This document shows positions 27,297-34,808 of a stretch of 64,000 bases of DNA, piece after piece. The position numbers and the translations under genes are program-made. A model generated the notes under the pieces. That model saw only the letters and a list, made by a program, of their open reading frames with translations. It made no database searches and was not told the origin of the DNA. The first letter of the stretch is position 1, and each line of letters opens with the position of its first letter. Source of the DNA: a virus; the IMG/VR virus record IMGVR_UViG_3300020472_001862, positions 1-64,000 of that record. One strand, given 5' to 3'.

Positions 27297-27587
27297 ATGA
27301 AAAGGATAATAGCTATCCTTCCTTTTCTTTTTATAGTAGGATGCGCTTCAGTAGCAACCGGTATTGATACAGCTAGAAATGTAGTAGCAACCACTGTCCA
27401 AACAGGCATGCAGGCAGGAGCCGACATGGTTGGGGCAGTAGCAGAAGATGTTTCTGATGTTGTTTCTACAACTGCAGAAGTTGCAGCTGGTGTAGTTGAT
27501 ACAGTTAGCGATGAAGTTAAGGAACAAGCTCAAGAGCTTGAAGTTAAAGAACCTGACTTCCCTACAAGCGAACTTAAAGAAGACTAA
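27297..27587 (+). CDS. lipoprotein
   Basis: signal peptide II with lipobox IVGC, then amphipathic Ala/Val/Thr/Asp 11-mer-like helices. Confidence 0.75.
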   Translation: MKRIIAILPFLFIVGCASVATGIDTARNVVATTVQTGMQAGADMVGAVAEDVSDVVSTTAEVAAGVVDTVSDEVKEQAQELEVKEPDFPTSELKED

Positions 27588-27773
27588 GGAAGACGATCAA
27601 TGAGGGGTGACTGTAAAAGGCGCCCTTTGTTGCCTTTGCACTATTTAGATTATAAATACCAATTCTTTACAGAAACATTTCCATAAATAGAGTCACTCTG
27701 TATAAATATAAGTGATTATATAAGATTCGCTTATATAATTGTATTAACGAAATTAATAATAGGAGATGGTGTT

Positions 27774-27953
27774 ATGACCACAGCTACTTTCGGCGAGGTA
27801 GCGAAGCTCATAGGAACCAATGTTGATAGACTAAGAGAGAATGACAAGGTTTGTCTAATCTGCGATGCGATTCAATTAGTAGCGATAATGATAGCTCCGT
27901 TACTTTTGCCAATAGGAATAATTTATGCCTCAATGCACGGAGGTCTTTACTGA
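27774..27953 (+). CDS. small membrane protein (59 aa, MTTATFGEVAKL...DKVCLICDAIQLVAIMIAPLLLPIGII); not in the ORF track
   Basis: AGGAG SD at 27761, late promoter at 27701, CxxC followed by a TM helix. Confidence 0.7.
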   Translation: MTTATFGEVAKLIGTNVDRLRENDKVCLICDAIQLVAIMIAPLLLPIGIIYASMHGGLY

Positions 27954-28060
27954 TGAAGACTTTTAAGCGAGGACTTTTTTATGGAAAGCATATTGTTATG
28001 TTAATGCCTTTGATCGGCATCACATACATAATTATATCTTTCTATAATTATACCAGTTAA
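27953..28060 (+). CDS. small hydrophobic peptide (35 aa)
   Basis: TGATG overlap and GGAGG SD; 3' part of track ORF 27851..28060. Confidence 0.5.
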   Translation: MKTFKRGLFYGKHIVMLMPLIGITYIIISFYNYTS

Positions 28061-28077
28061 TCTAACTCATAGATCGG

Positions 28078-28106
28078 AAAAGGGTGTCTTATAGGCACCC
28101 TTTTTT
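28078..28106 (+). terminator. intrinsic terminator (possibly bidirectional)
   Basis: AAAAGGGTGTCT-TAT-AGGCACCC-TTTTTT. Confidence 0.85.
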
Positions 28107-28149
28107 GTGCCTGAGCTTATATATAGTTATGTATTTAATGGAGATGGAG

Positions 28150-28290
28150 ATGAAGCAGATCGTTGCTTTATTAATTGTAACAGGGTTCCTAGCAGGTTGT
28201 GGGGCTCAAGTCTCACTAACAGCTTCTGTACCAGAAGGCAAAGACTTAGATGTTACAATTAAAACCTCAGAAACACCGGGAAACGAATAA
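28150..28290 (+). CDS. small lipoprotein
   Basis: MKQIVALLIVTGFLAGC lipobox, GGAG SD. Confidence 0.7.
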   Translation: MKQIVALLIVTGFLAGCGAQVSLTASVPEGKDLDVTIKTSETPGNE

Positions 28291-28360
28291 CTCAACGGCA
28301 AGGCCCTTATGTTGAGTTTCCTACCGGGCAGTTAAAGTAATATAATGGTCCTATGGACTC

Positions 28361-28389
28361 TTGTAATATACTCCCTACGAAAGTATAAT
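28361..28389 (+). promoter_or_regulatory. sigma70-type promoter TTGTAA-17-TATAAT overlapping a late-like TAATAAATA
   Basis: spacing and hexamers read directly. Confidence 0.55.
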
Positions 28390-28400
28390 AAATAACTATT

Positions 28401-28535
28401 ATGCGTAAAAAGAAACTTAAAATCAGAAATCCCGTAGCCCGTTATGCAAGACTGTTTAACAAGGCTACTGTCGTGCCTGATAAAACTAAGTACAATAGGA
28501 AGAAGGATAAGAAAGTTTCTGAAGATGTAGATTAA
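28401..28535 (+). CDS. small basic protein (44 aa, MRKKKLKIRNPVARYARLFNKATVVPDKTKYNRKKDKK...), ArfA-like pattern; not in the ORF track
   Basis: open frame between the promoter and the SleB gene; NPVA...F...DK.KY.RK. Confidence 0.65.
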   Translation: MRKKKLKIRNPVARYARLFNKATVVPDKTKYNRKKDKKVSEDVD

Positions 28536-28550
28536 TAAAGGAGGAACCAT

Positions 28551-29033
28551 ATGCGTAAGTTATGGATAACATTACCAATATTATTATTTTTTGTAATGTA
28601 CGCTGAGAGTATAAATGCTAAAGAACATGAAATTGAATGTTTAGCACAAAATATATACCACGAAGCGAGAAGTGAATCAACAGCAGGAAGAATGGCTGTT
28701 GCACTAGTAACACTCAATAGAGTAAAGGATGAAAGATTTCCTAATACTATATGTGATGTTGTAAAACAAACTAAATATTATCCTAGTGGAAGAATAGATC
28801 TTCACTCTTGCCAATTCAGTTGGTATTGTGATGGGAAACCTGACACAATAAAAGATCAAAACTGCTACAAGGATATTCTATTAATTGCAGAAGTTATGTA
28901 CACATACGAAACAGAAGATTTTACAGAAGGTTCGTTGTGGTATCATAGCCCTAAAGTAAAACCTAAATGGTCTATGGTATACACCAAAACCGTAAGGATA
29001 GATAACCATATCTTCTATAAAGATGTTGACTAA
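28551..29033 (+). CDS. cell wall hydrolase, SleB/Hydrolase_2 family
   Basis: CLAQNIYHEARSE, VTLNRV, FPNTICDVV, CQFSW, IDNHIFY. Confidence 0.92.
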   Translation: MRKLWITLPILLFFVMYAESINAKEHEIECLAQNIYHEARSESTAGRMAVALVTLNRVKDERFPNTICDVVKQTKYYPSGRIDLHSCQFSWYCDGKPDTIKDQNCYKDILLIAEVMYTYETEDFTEGSLWYHSPKVKPKWSMVYTKTVRIDNHIFYKDVD

Positions 29034-29054
29034 AGCAATCAACGGTCGTATAAT
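29026..29054 (+). promoter_or_regulatory. sigma70-type promoter TTGACT-17-TATAAT
   Basis: near-consensus hexamers; ATG 6 nt downstream. Confidence 0.8.
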
Positions 29055-29060
29055 TAGCAC

Positions 29061-29936
29061 ATGTTAACGGATTTACCTCATGTAATAGTAACAGGCGGTT
29101 GTGGCTTTATAGGCTCACACCTTACAAGGCAATTATTAAATAATGGCTTTTGTGTAACGGTAGTTGATGATAACAGAACAGGCAAGGTATTCTTAGATCA
29201 TAACAGCGTGGAATATCATAAATGTGATGTGATGGATTTTAATCCTCATTTGAATTCTATAGAGCCACCAACCGCCATTTTTCATCTGGCAAATAGTCCT
29301 AGAGTTCGTAGAGCATTAGAGTATCCTACGGAGACTATTACTAATAACATTAATACAACTTGTGCAGTTGCAGACTGGGCTAGAATATTTAACTGTAAGT
29401 TATTCTTTTCTACATCTTCAAGTACACAATATGTTGAATCACAAGGCAATCCCTATACATTTAGCAAGGTTGTTTGTGAATCTATTTTAGAAATGTACAG
29501 AAGACTGTATGCTTTAGATTATGTTTTAATGTTTTATTATAATGTATATGGACCAGGTGAGGCAGACTATGGTGAGTATAGCACAGTCGTAAGAAAATTT
29601 AAGATGGATTATTTAGAAGGTAAACCATTAACAATTTTTGGAACAGGTAAAAAGGAAAGAGACTTCACCCATGTAGATGATGTCATACAAGGCATTTTAC
29701 AATTAATGGCAGATCCTTCTCTTCCTTCTGTAGCACATTTTGGAAGTGGTGATCCTAAATCAATCTCATCTATAGCAGATTGTTTTAAGCACCCTATTGT
29801 ACATTCTTTTGATAGAAAGGGAGAGGCAGAAAGAACATATTGCCAAAATCCTTATATAGAAGCCACGCATAATGTACATGATTATATTAAAGCGTGGGTT
29901 CAGGAGAATAAAAGTGGAACCAAGAGTAGTAATTGA
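29061..29936 (+). CDS. NAD-dependent nucleotide-sugar epimerase/dehydratase
   Basis: VTGGCGFIGSH, FHLA, YTFSK, YNVYGP, RDFTHVDD. Confidence 0.92.
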   Translation: MLTDLPHVIVTGGCGFIGSHLTRQLLNNGFCVTVVDDNRTGKVFLDHNSVEYHKCDVMDFNPHLNSIEPPTAIFHLANSPRVRRALEYPTETITNNINTTCAVADWARIFNCKLFFSTSSSTQYVESQGNPYTFSKVVCESILEMYRRLYALDYVLMFYYNVYGPGEADYGEYSTVVRKFKMDYLEGKPLTIFGTGKKERDFTHVDDVIQGILQLMADPSLPSVAHFGSGDPKSISSIADCFKHPIVHSFDRKGEAERTYCQNPYIEATHNVHDYIKAWVQENKSGTKSSN

Positions 29937-30213
29937 TAACACGATAGAGATGACAAAAGAAAAAGTAAGCGACATATTCCTAGTAACAAAAGAATTCCAT
30001 ACTTCAACGGAATTTTCACAGTTTATAGAGAAAATGGCCTTTAATACTTCTTCGCAATGTATGGACATCGTATGTGATTATTGTATTAAAAAAGAGATAG
30101 AAATAGAAAGTGTTTCTAAGTTTTTAACAGCATCTTTAAAAGCAAAAATTAAAGAAGAAGCATTAGATTTAAATTTATTAAAAGAAAAAAGAAAGAGTAA
30201 GTTACCCCTGTGA
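29914..30213 (+). CDS. gp33: late transcription coactivator gp33
   Basis: FSQFIE...MDIVCDYC...IEIESV.K.L..SLK.KI..EA..LNLL; GTG start with AGGAG SD; lies before 59-32. Confidence 0.85.
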   Translation: MEPRVVIDNTIEMTKEKVSDIFLVTKEFHTSTEFSQFIEKMAFNTSSQCMDIVCDYCIKKEIEIESVSKFLTASLKAKIKEEALDLNLLKEKRKSKLPL

Positions 30214-31199
30214 AAATATTTTGTTCTATTGCATCTTACCAAGATCCAATACTACCATATACAATAGAATCTATAATAGAAAATGCTAGGTATAAAAAAG
30301 ACTTAGTACTAGGTATTTTTGATCAATCCTTACAGCATTTAGATGTTGTAAGAGAATGGGGTAAATATGGCCCAGAAATAAGATACAAGACATGTGATCC
30401 TGCAGAGTCTAAAGGTGTATGTTGGGCAAGAGGTACAATACAAGACGAATTATTTGATGGAGAGGATATCTTTATGCAGATAGATTCTCATACATTATTT
30501 GAAAAGGAATGGGACGCAGACTTATTAGAAAAATATTCTAATTGTTTTAATTGGTTTGAGAAGCCTATTATAACAGGATACCCTAAAGCATTTGATGTTC
30601 TAACATCTAAAGGTGGTTGGCTTAATACAGACAAAGAATATATATTTAGAATTACACAGGACGATCCAGATCAAACTCATGTATTACAATACCACATACC
30701 TTGGATGAAAGGATATAACCCCGGACAAATGTCCCATGTTATAGACGGTAAAAAATATTATAGAGGATTTGCCATGGCAGGCGGAGGAATATTTACAGAA
30801 GGTAAGTGGGTAGAAGATGTTCCTTATGATAAAGAGATATATTTTAATGGTGAGGAAGGAACATTGGCTCTAAGATCCTTTACACATGGTTATGATATGG
30901 TACATGTACCTAACTTACCTTTCTATCATTGGTATAATGTAGAAGGTTTAGAGTTAAAAAGAACTTTACATTGGGACAGAGATGAAGATATGGATTTAAT
31001 ACATAAAGCATCTCATGCAAAAGTAGATAGAGTATTACAAGGCAAAGTTACAGACAAATATGGTATAGGTAACAAAAGAACATTAAAAGAATATGCTGAT
31101 TTAAGTGGCATAGATTATGAGAACAAACTAGTACATATAGGCAAGTCAACATTTAAAGATTATATTGATAAAGGATTTGTTTTAGAGGATTTTGAATAG
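30210..31199 (+). CDS. GT60-like (Skp1 hydroxyproline GlcNAc transferase Gnt1-like) glycosyltransferase
   Basis: IFCSIASYQDP, GVCWAR, MQIDSH, VPYD...FNGEE...RSFTHGYD. Confidence 0.8.
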   Translation: MKIFCSIASYQDPILPYTIESIIENARYKKDLVLGIFDQSLQHLDVVREWGKYGPEIRYKTCDPAESKGVCWARGTIQDELFDGEDIFMQIDSHTLFEKEWDADLLEKYSNCFNWFEKPIITGYPKAFDVLTSKGGWLNTDKEYIFRITQDDPDQTHVLQYHIPWMKGYNPGQMSHVIDGKKYYRGFAMAGGGIFTEGKWVEDVPYDKEIYFNGEEGTLALRSFTHGYDMVHVPNLPFYHWYNVEGLELKRTLHWDRDEDMDLIHKASHAKVDRVLQGKVTDKYGIGNKRTLKEYADLSGIDYENKLVHIGKSTFKDYIDKGFVLEDFE

Positions 31200-31813
31200 T
31201 GGAGCCATACAAGGCATATAAAATACATGTTGCAATAAAAGAACATTTTTGGAGCAAGTATGATATGCAAAAATGGCCTTATGCCTTTAAAGACAAATAC
31301 AAATATGGTACGGCAATTAATATACCATACAAAGTGTTTGAATCTAAACAAGGACTGCCTGGTATGTTTGAAATGGTATGCGATAAATTTAAACAACCAG
31401 AATTTGTAGCATTGTCTGTTGCCAATGCTGTAGATGGTGATAGAAGATGTGGCATGCCATATGGAATTACTGCCCAACAAATATTCAAAGAATGGATAGT
31501 TAGGCGAGACAAAATTAGTTACACATTTGGACAAGATCTAGAAGCAATAGTTAACGCAGATCAAAGACTAATGAGTACTGATAACGATCATCCTGTAGAA
31601 ATAAGGTTGTTGTTAGGTAAGCATATAACAATAGAAAGCGTGGTTATACTGCACCAAATACAACCGTTCTTAGATGATTACGCTAACGATTTAATTATAG
31701 GAGATACATGTTTGTTAATTAAAAGGTATGCGCCTTTCCTAAAAGGTATCGTGAATACCAAAAAGTTACATCTAAAACATGAAACTCTTATAAATAAAAT
31801 TGCTAGTGGTTAG
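31199..31813 (+). CDS. gp59: helicase loader gp59
   Basis: AYKIHVAIKEHF..KYD, YTFGQDL, HP...LLGKHITIES; directly upstream of gene 32. Confidence 0.8.
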   Translation: MEPYKAYKIHVAIKEHFWSKYDMQKWPYAFKDKYKYGTAINIPYKVFESKQGLPGMFEMVCDKFKQPEFVALSVANAVDGDRRCGMPYGITAQQIFKEWIVRRDKISYTFGQDLEAIVNADQRLMSTDNDHPVEIRLLLGKHITIESVVILHQIQPFLDDYANDLIIGDTCLLIKRYAPFLKGIVNTKKLHLKHETLINKIASG

Positions 31814-31935
31814 TTCCGTAAGGAATCAAGTCTTTTGGCTGTAACCACCGGAAATCCATATCCCCCTTGTGGGGATATGGGTCACTTAATACAACGCTAA
31901 TATAACGCTATACAACGCAAATACGGAGAAAAAAT
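31789..31935 (+). promoter_or_regulatory. gene 32 leader: late promoter, structured RNA and A/C-rich tandem repeats (autogenous operator-like)
   Basis: TATAAATA 31789; stem GTGGTTA/TAACCAC with two inner hairpins; 10-bp hairpin 31856-31880; 3x ATAYAACGC 31888-31919. Confidence 0.65.
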
Positions 31936-32877
31936 ATGTCGTTTAATACACTTTCAGACCTCAGAAAACAAAGAGGCAACTTCGACAACTTAATGAAGGA
32001 AGTCGAAAAAATCTCAAACCCTAAATCAAATTTTAAGAAAGGCGATGACAGGGAATGGAAACCCACAGTAGATAAAGCAGGTAACGGATACGCAGTTATT
32101 CGATTCTTACCTTTGTCTCAAGGTGCTACAGATACTGGTGTACCCTGGGTTAGAATTTTCAATCATGGCTTTCAAGGCCCTGGTGGGAAATGGTATATTG
32201 AGAATTCTCTCACAACTCTTAACAAGCAAGATCCAGTTTCAGAACTTAATACTGAACTATGGAATTCTGGTGTAGAGGCAAACAAAGAGATTGCTCGTAA
32301 ACAAAAAAGACGCCTAAATTATTGGGCTAATATTTTGGTAGTGGAAGATCCATCTAATCCTGAGAGTGAAGGCAAAGTCTTCATTTACAAGTTTGGTAAA
32401 AAGATCTTTGACAAAATCCAAGATGTTTTGAAACCAGAGTTTCAAGATGAGAAACCAGTTAACCCTTTCGACTTTTGGGAAGGTGCTAACTTTAAACTAA
32501 AAATTCGACAAGTAGAAGGCTATCGTAATTATGATAAAAGTGAATTTGATTCGCCTTCTTCTATTGCAGAAGATGATGCTAAAATTGAAGCAATATGGAA
32601 TACACAATATGACTTAGGTACTCTTGTGTCTCCAGATCAATTTAAATCTTATGATGAGTTGAAGTCTAAACTAGACATGGTTCTAGGAACAAAGACTGTC
32701 CCTACAGCAGAGTCCATTTCAGCACAAACTAATGATGCTGAGGATGATCACTTTGTACAAAAGGCAACCTCTGTAGAAGCTTCAGCTCCTGCACCAGTAT
32801 CCACTCCTGAACCAGCAATTGCTGATGATGAAGATGATACTTTAAGTTACTTTAAACAGCTTGCTGATGAAAAGTAA
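31936..32877 (+). CDS. gp32: single-stranded DNA-binding protein gp32
   Basis: DKAGNGYAVIRFLP, WYIENSLTTL, YKFGKKIFDKI, PFDFWEGANFKLKIR, acidic tail. Confidence 0.97.
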   Translation: MSFNTLSDLRKQRGNFDNLMKEVEKISNPKSNFKKGDDREWKPTVDKAGNGYAVIRFLPLSQGATDTGVPWVRIFNHGFQGPGGKWYIENSLTTLNKQDPVSELNTELWNSGVEANKEIARKQKRRLNYWANILVVEDPSNPESEGKVFIYKFGKKIFDKIQDVLKPEFQDEKPVNPFDFWEGANFKLKIRQVEGYRNYDKSEFDSPSSIAEDDAKIEAIWNTQYDLGTLVSPDQFKSYDELKSKLDMVLGTKTVPTAESISAQTNDAEDDHFVQKATSVEASAPAPVSTPEPAIADDEDDTLSYFKQLADEK

Positions 32878-32894
32878 ATAAAACCTAGAGTTTT

Positions 32895-32921
32895 GGGGGC
32901 TCCTAACGGAGCCTTCTTTTT
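32895..32921 (+). terminator. intrinsic terminator after gene 32
   Basis: GGGGGCTCC-TAAC-GGAGCCTTC-TTTTT. Confidence 0.8.
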
Positions 32922-32938
32922 GACTAATAAATAGTATT

Positions 32939-33655
32939 ATGAAGTACACAACCAAGACAGCAATTAAATTAGCTATATTGTTTTCAGTAGCAATAGGTGG
33001 GTTAGCATATTGGTTCATACAAGGTGCAACAATATGGCAATTTATTTTTGCCTTTATAATGTTGTCATTAGTTTCTCGAATAGCAAATGCAGGTTATCAT
33101 AGGTGGTTAACACATAATCAATTTCAACCTACATGGTTGGGTAAAAATATAATGTTGTATTTTATGGTTCTTACAGGCGAGGCACCACCTGGACATTATG
33201 TAATAGCACATTTAAATCATCACAAGTATACAGACGAAGAAGGCGATCCTCATGGTCCTAAACAAATAGGATTTTGGAATCTTACATTAGGAAGATATGG
33301 AGAAACAAAACCTGTATTCATGCGAAACTATGCTAGAAATAAAGACGCACAATGGGTAACAGAACATTATTGGAGTTTATATCTTGCTAATTGGATATTA
33401 TTTGCATTAATAAATCCTTATTTAAATGTATGGTTAGCATGTATGTTTTGTTGGAGTTGGCTACAGATGATTAATTTAAATTGGCGAGGACATGGTGGCA
33501 CAAAAGGAACACCTACAAACTTAGGTAGAATATCTAATTTGTTTATGGGCGGAGAAGACTATCACAAAAATCACCATGAGAATCCAGGCAAACTTGTTAT
33601 GGGCAAATGGGACACAACAGGAAAATATTTAGTTCCTTGGTTATTAGCAAAATGA
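32939..33655 (+). CDS. membrane fatty acid desaturase (second copy)
   Basis: HRWLTH, HLNHH, DPHGP, HKNHH; TM helices. Confidence 0.88.
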   Translation: MKYTTKTAIKLAILFSVAIGGLAYWFIQGATIWQFIFAFIMLSLVSRIANAGYHRWLTHNQFQPTWLGKNIMLYFMVLTGEAPPGHYVIAHLNHHKYTDEEGDPHGPKQIGFWNLTLGRYGETKPVFMRNYARNKDAQWVTEHYWSLYLANWILFALINPYLNVWLACMFCWSWLQMINLNWRGHGGTKGTPTNLGRISNLFMGGEDYHKNHHENPGKLVMGKWDTTGKYLVPWLLAK

Positions 33656-34362
33656 AAAATATATTAGGGTTGCCATTATATCATGTAAGTAATGTAGGCA
33701 TGGATCTTATTCCTGACTTACAAGATTCTATAGAAAAACTACAAACAGAAAAACAACATTGGGATAGACAGAAGAGTAAACTTTCTATATACACAGAAGA
33801 GGGTGAGCATAAATTTAAATTAAAAATAGATCCTATGGAAGGCGTAAAGGGCTGGGAAGAATTACGGAAAAGAATAAAGGACCATGTAATGAATTATTAC
33901 TATTTTACACAGCCCATAGATGATGATTTCCAAGAAGGTCCTGATTCCAAATTAAGAGATTCGTTAAAAAACTTTTGGCACAATTATGCTTGGTATACTT
34001 ATTTTGATGAAACAGATTCTTATGGTTGGCATGCACACACGCAATACTATCTAATTGTTACTTATTATGTAAGAGCAGACGAAGAGCATGCTCCCATACA
34101 ATTTAAGTCCCCCGTATCTGACATGTACACATCTTGGACATTAGGAACAAAGAAAGCAGAACTAAAAGAAACAATACAACCTAAGACAGGAGATATAATG
34201 ATATGGCCTGCTTGGTTAGAACATCAAGTTCCTTCAATACAAGAAAAAATACTAGATCATAGCACTATTGAAGAAAACTATAAATATACAAACAAGAGGA
34301 TTAGCATAACAAATTGTTTCGTTAAACCTCATCAACAATTTTTACATACACAAAGGAAGTAA
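33652..34362 (+). CDS. 2OG-Fe(II) oxygenase (TIGR02466-like)
   Basis: WHAH...YYV...P..GDIMIWPAWLEHQV...RISI; ATGA overlap at 33652. Confidence 0.8.
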   Translation: MKNILGLPLYHVSNVGMDLIPDLQDSIEKLQTEKQHWDRQKSKLSIYTEEGEHKFKLKIDPMEGVKGWEELRKRIKDHVMNYYYFTQPIDDDFQEGPDSKLRDSLKNFWHNYAWYTYFDETDSYGWHAHTQYYLIVTYYVRADEEHAPIQFKSPVSDMYTSWTLGTKKAELKETIQPKTGDIMIWPAWLEHQVPSIQEKILDHSTIEENYKYTNKRISITNCFVKPHQQFLHTQRK

Positions 34363-34364
34363 TT

Positions 34365-34808
34365 ATGAACAGGACTAATGTCTATGAACAACTAAAAATA
34401 GACGAGGGAGTAGTATATGAAATTTACAAAGACCACTTGGGCTACCCGACATTTGGAGTCGGACACTTGGTTAAAGCATCCGATCCTGAGCAAGGACAAG
34501 AAGTCGGAACGCCTATTTCAGAAGAGAGAGTTAAAGCTTGTTTCGAGAAAGACTTGGATATCTCAATAGACGAATGTAAGGCACTATTTAAAGATAATTG
34601 GGAAAGTTATCCTGGCGAACTACAAGAGGTTCTTGTTAATATGATGTTTAATTTAGGACGACCTAGACTAGGAAAGTTTAAAAAGTTTATTGGTGCTATC
34701 AACGAAAGTGATTGGGATAAAGCAGCTATTGAAATGATGGACAGTCGTTGGGCTGTACAAGTAGGACCTAGAGCTAATAGACTCCGTGATAGAGTTCAAT
34801 CGCTTTAA
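34365..34808 (+). CDS. T4-type lysozyme (GH24)
   Basis: LKIDEG...YKDHLGYPTFGVGHL...NMMFNLG...AAIEMMDSRWAVQVGPRA. Confidence 0.92.
   Translation: MNRTNVYEQLKIDEGVVYEIYKDHLGYPTFGVGHLVKASDPEQGQEVGTPISEERVKACFEKDLDISIDECKALFKDNWESYPGELQEVLVNMMFNLGRPRLGKFKKFIGAINESDWDKAAIEMMDSRWAVQVGPRANRLRDRVQSL

Noticed and set aside
28291-28360. AGTTTCCTACCGGGCA resembles the purine riboswitch core, preceded by a CTCAAC/GTTGAG stem
   Set aside because: It has an extra base in the core, no convincing P1 or P3 stems, no loop-loop pairing and no purine gene downstream; an Infernal search would settle it.
31888-31919. Short tandem repeats as a possible mini-CRISPR array
   Set aside because: Units are 10-11 bp with no spacers. 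The Cas4-like nuclease at 26564 is the usual stand-alone phage exonuclease.
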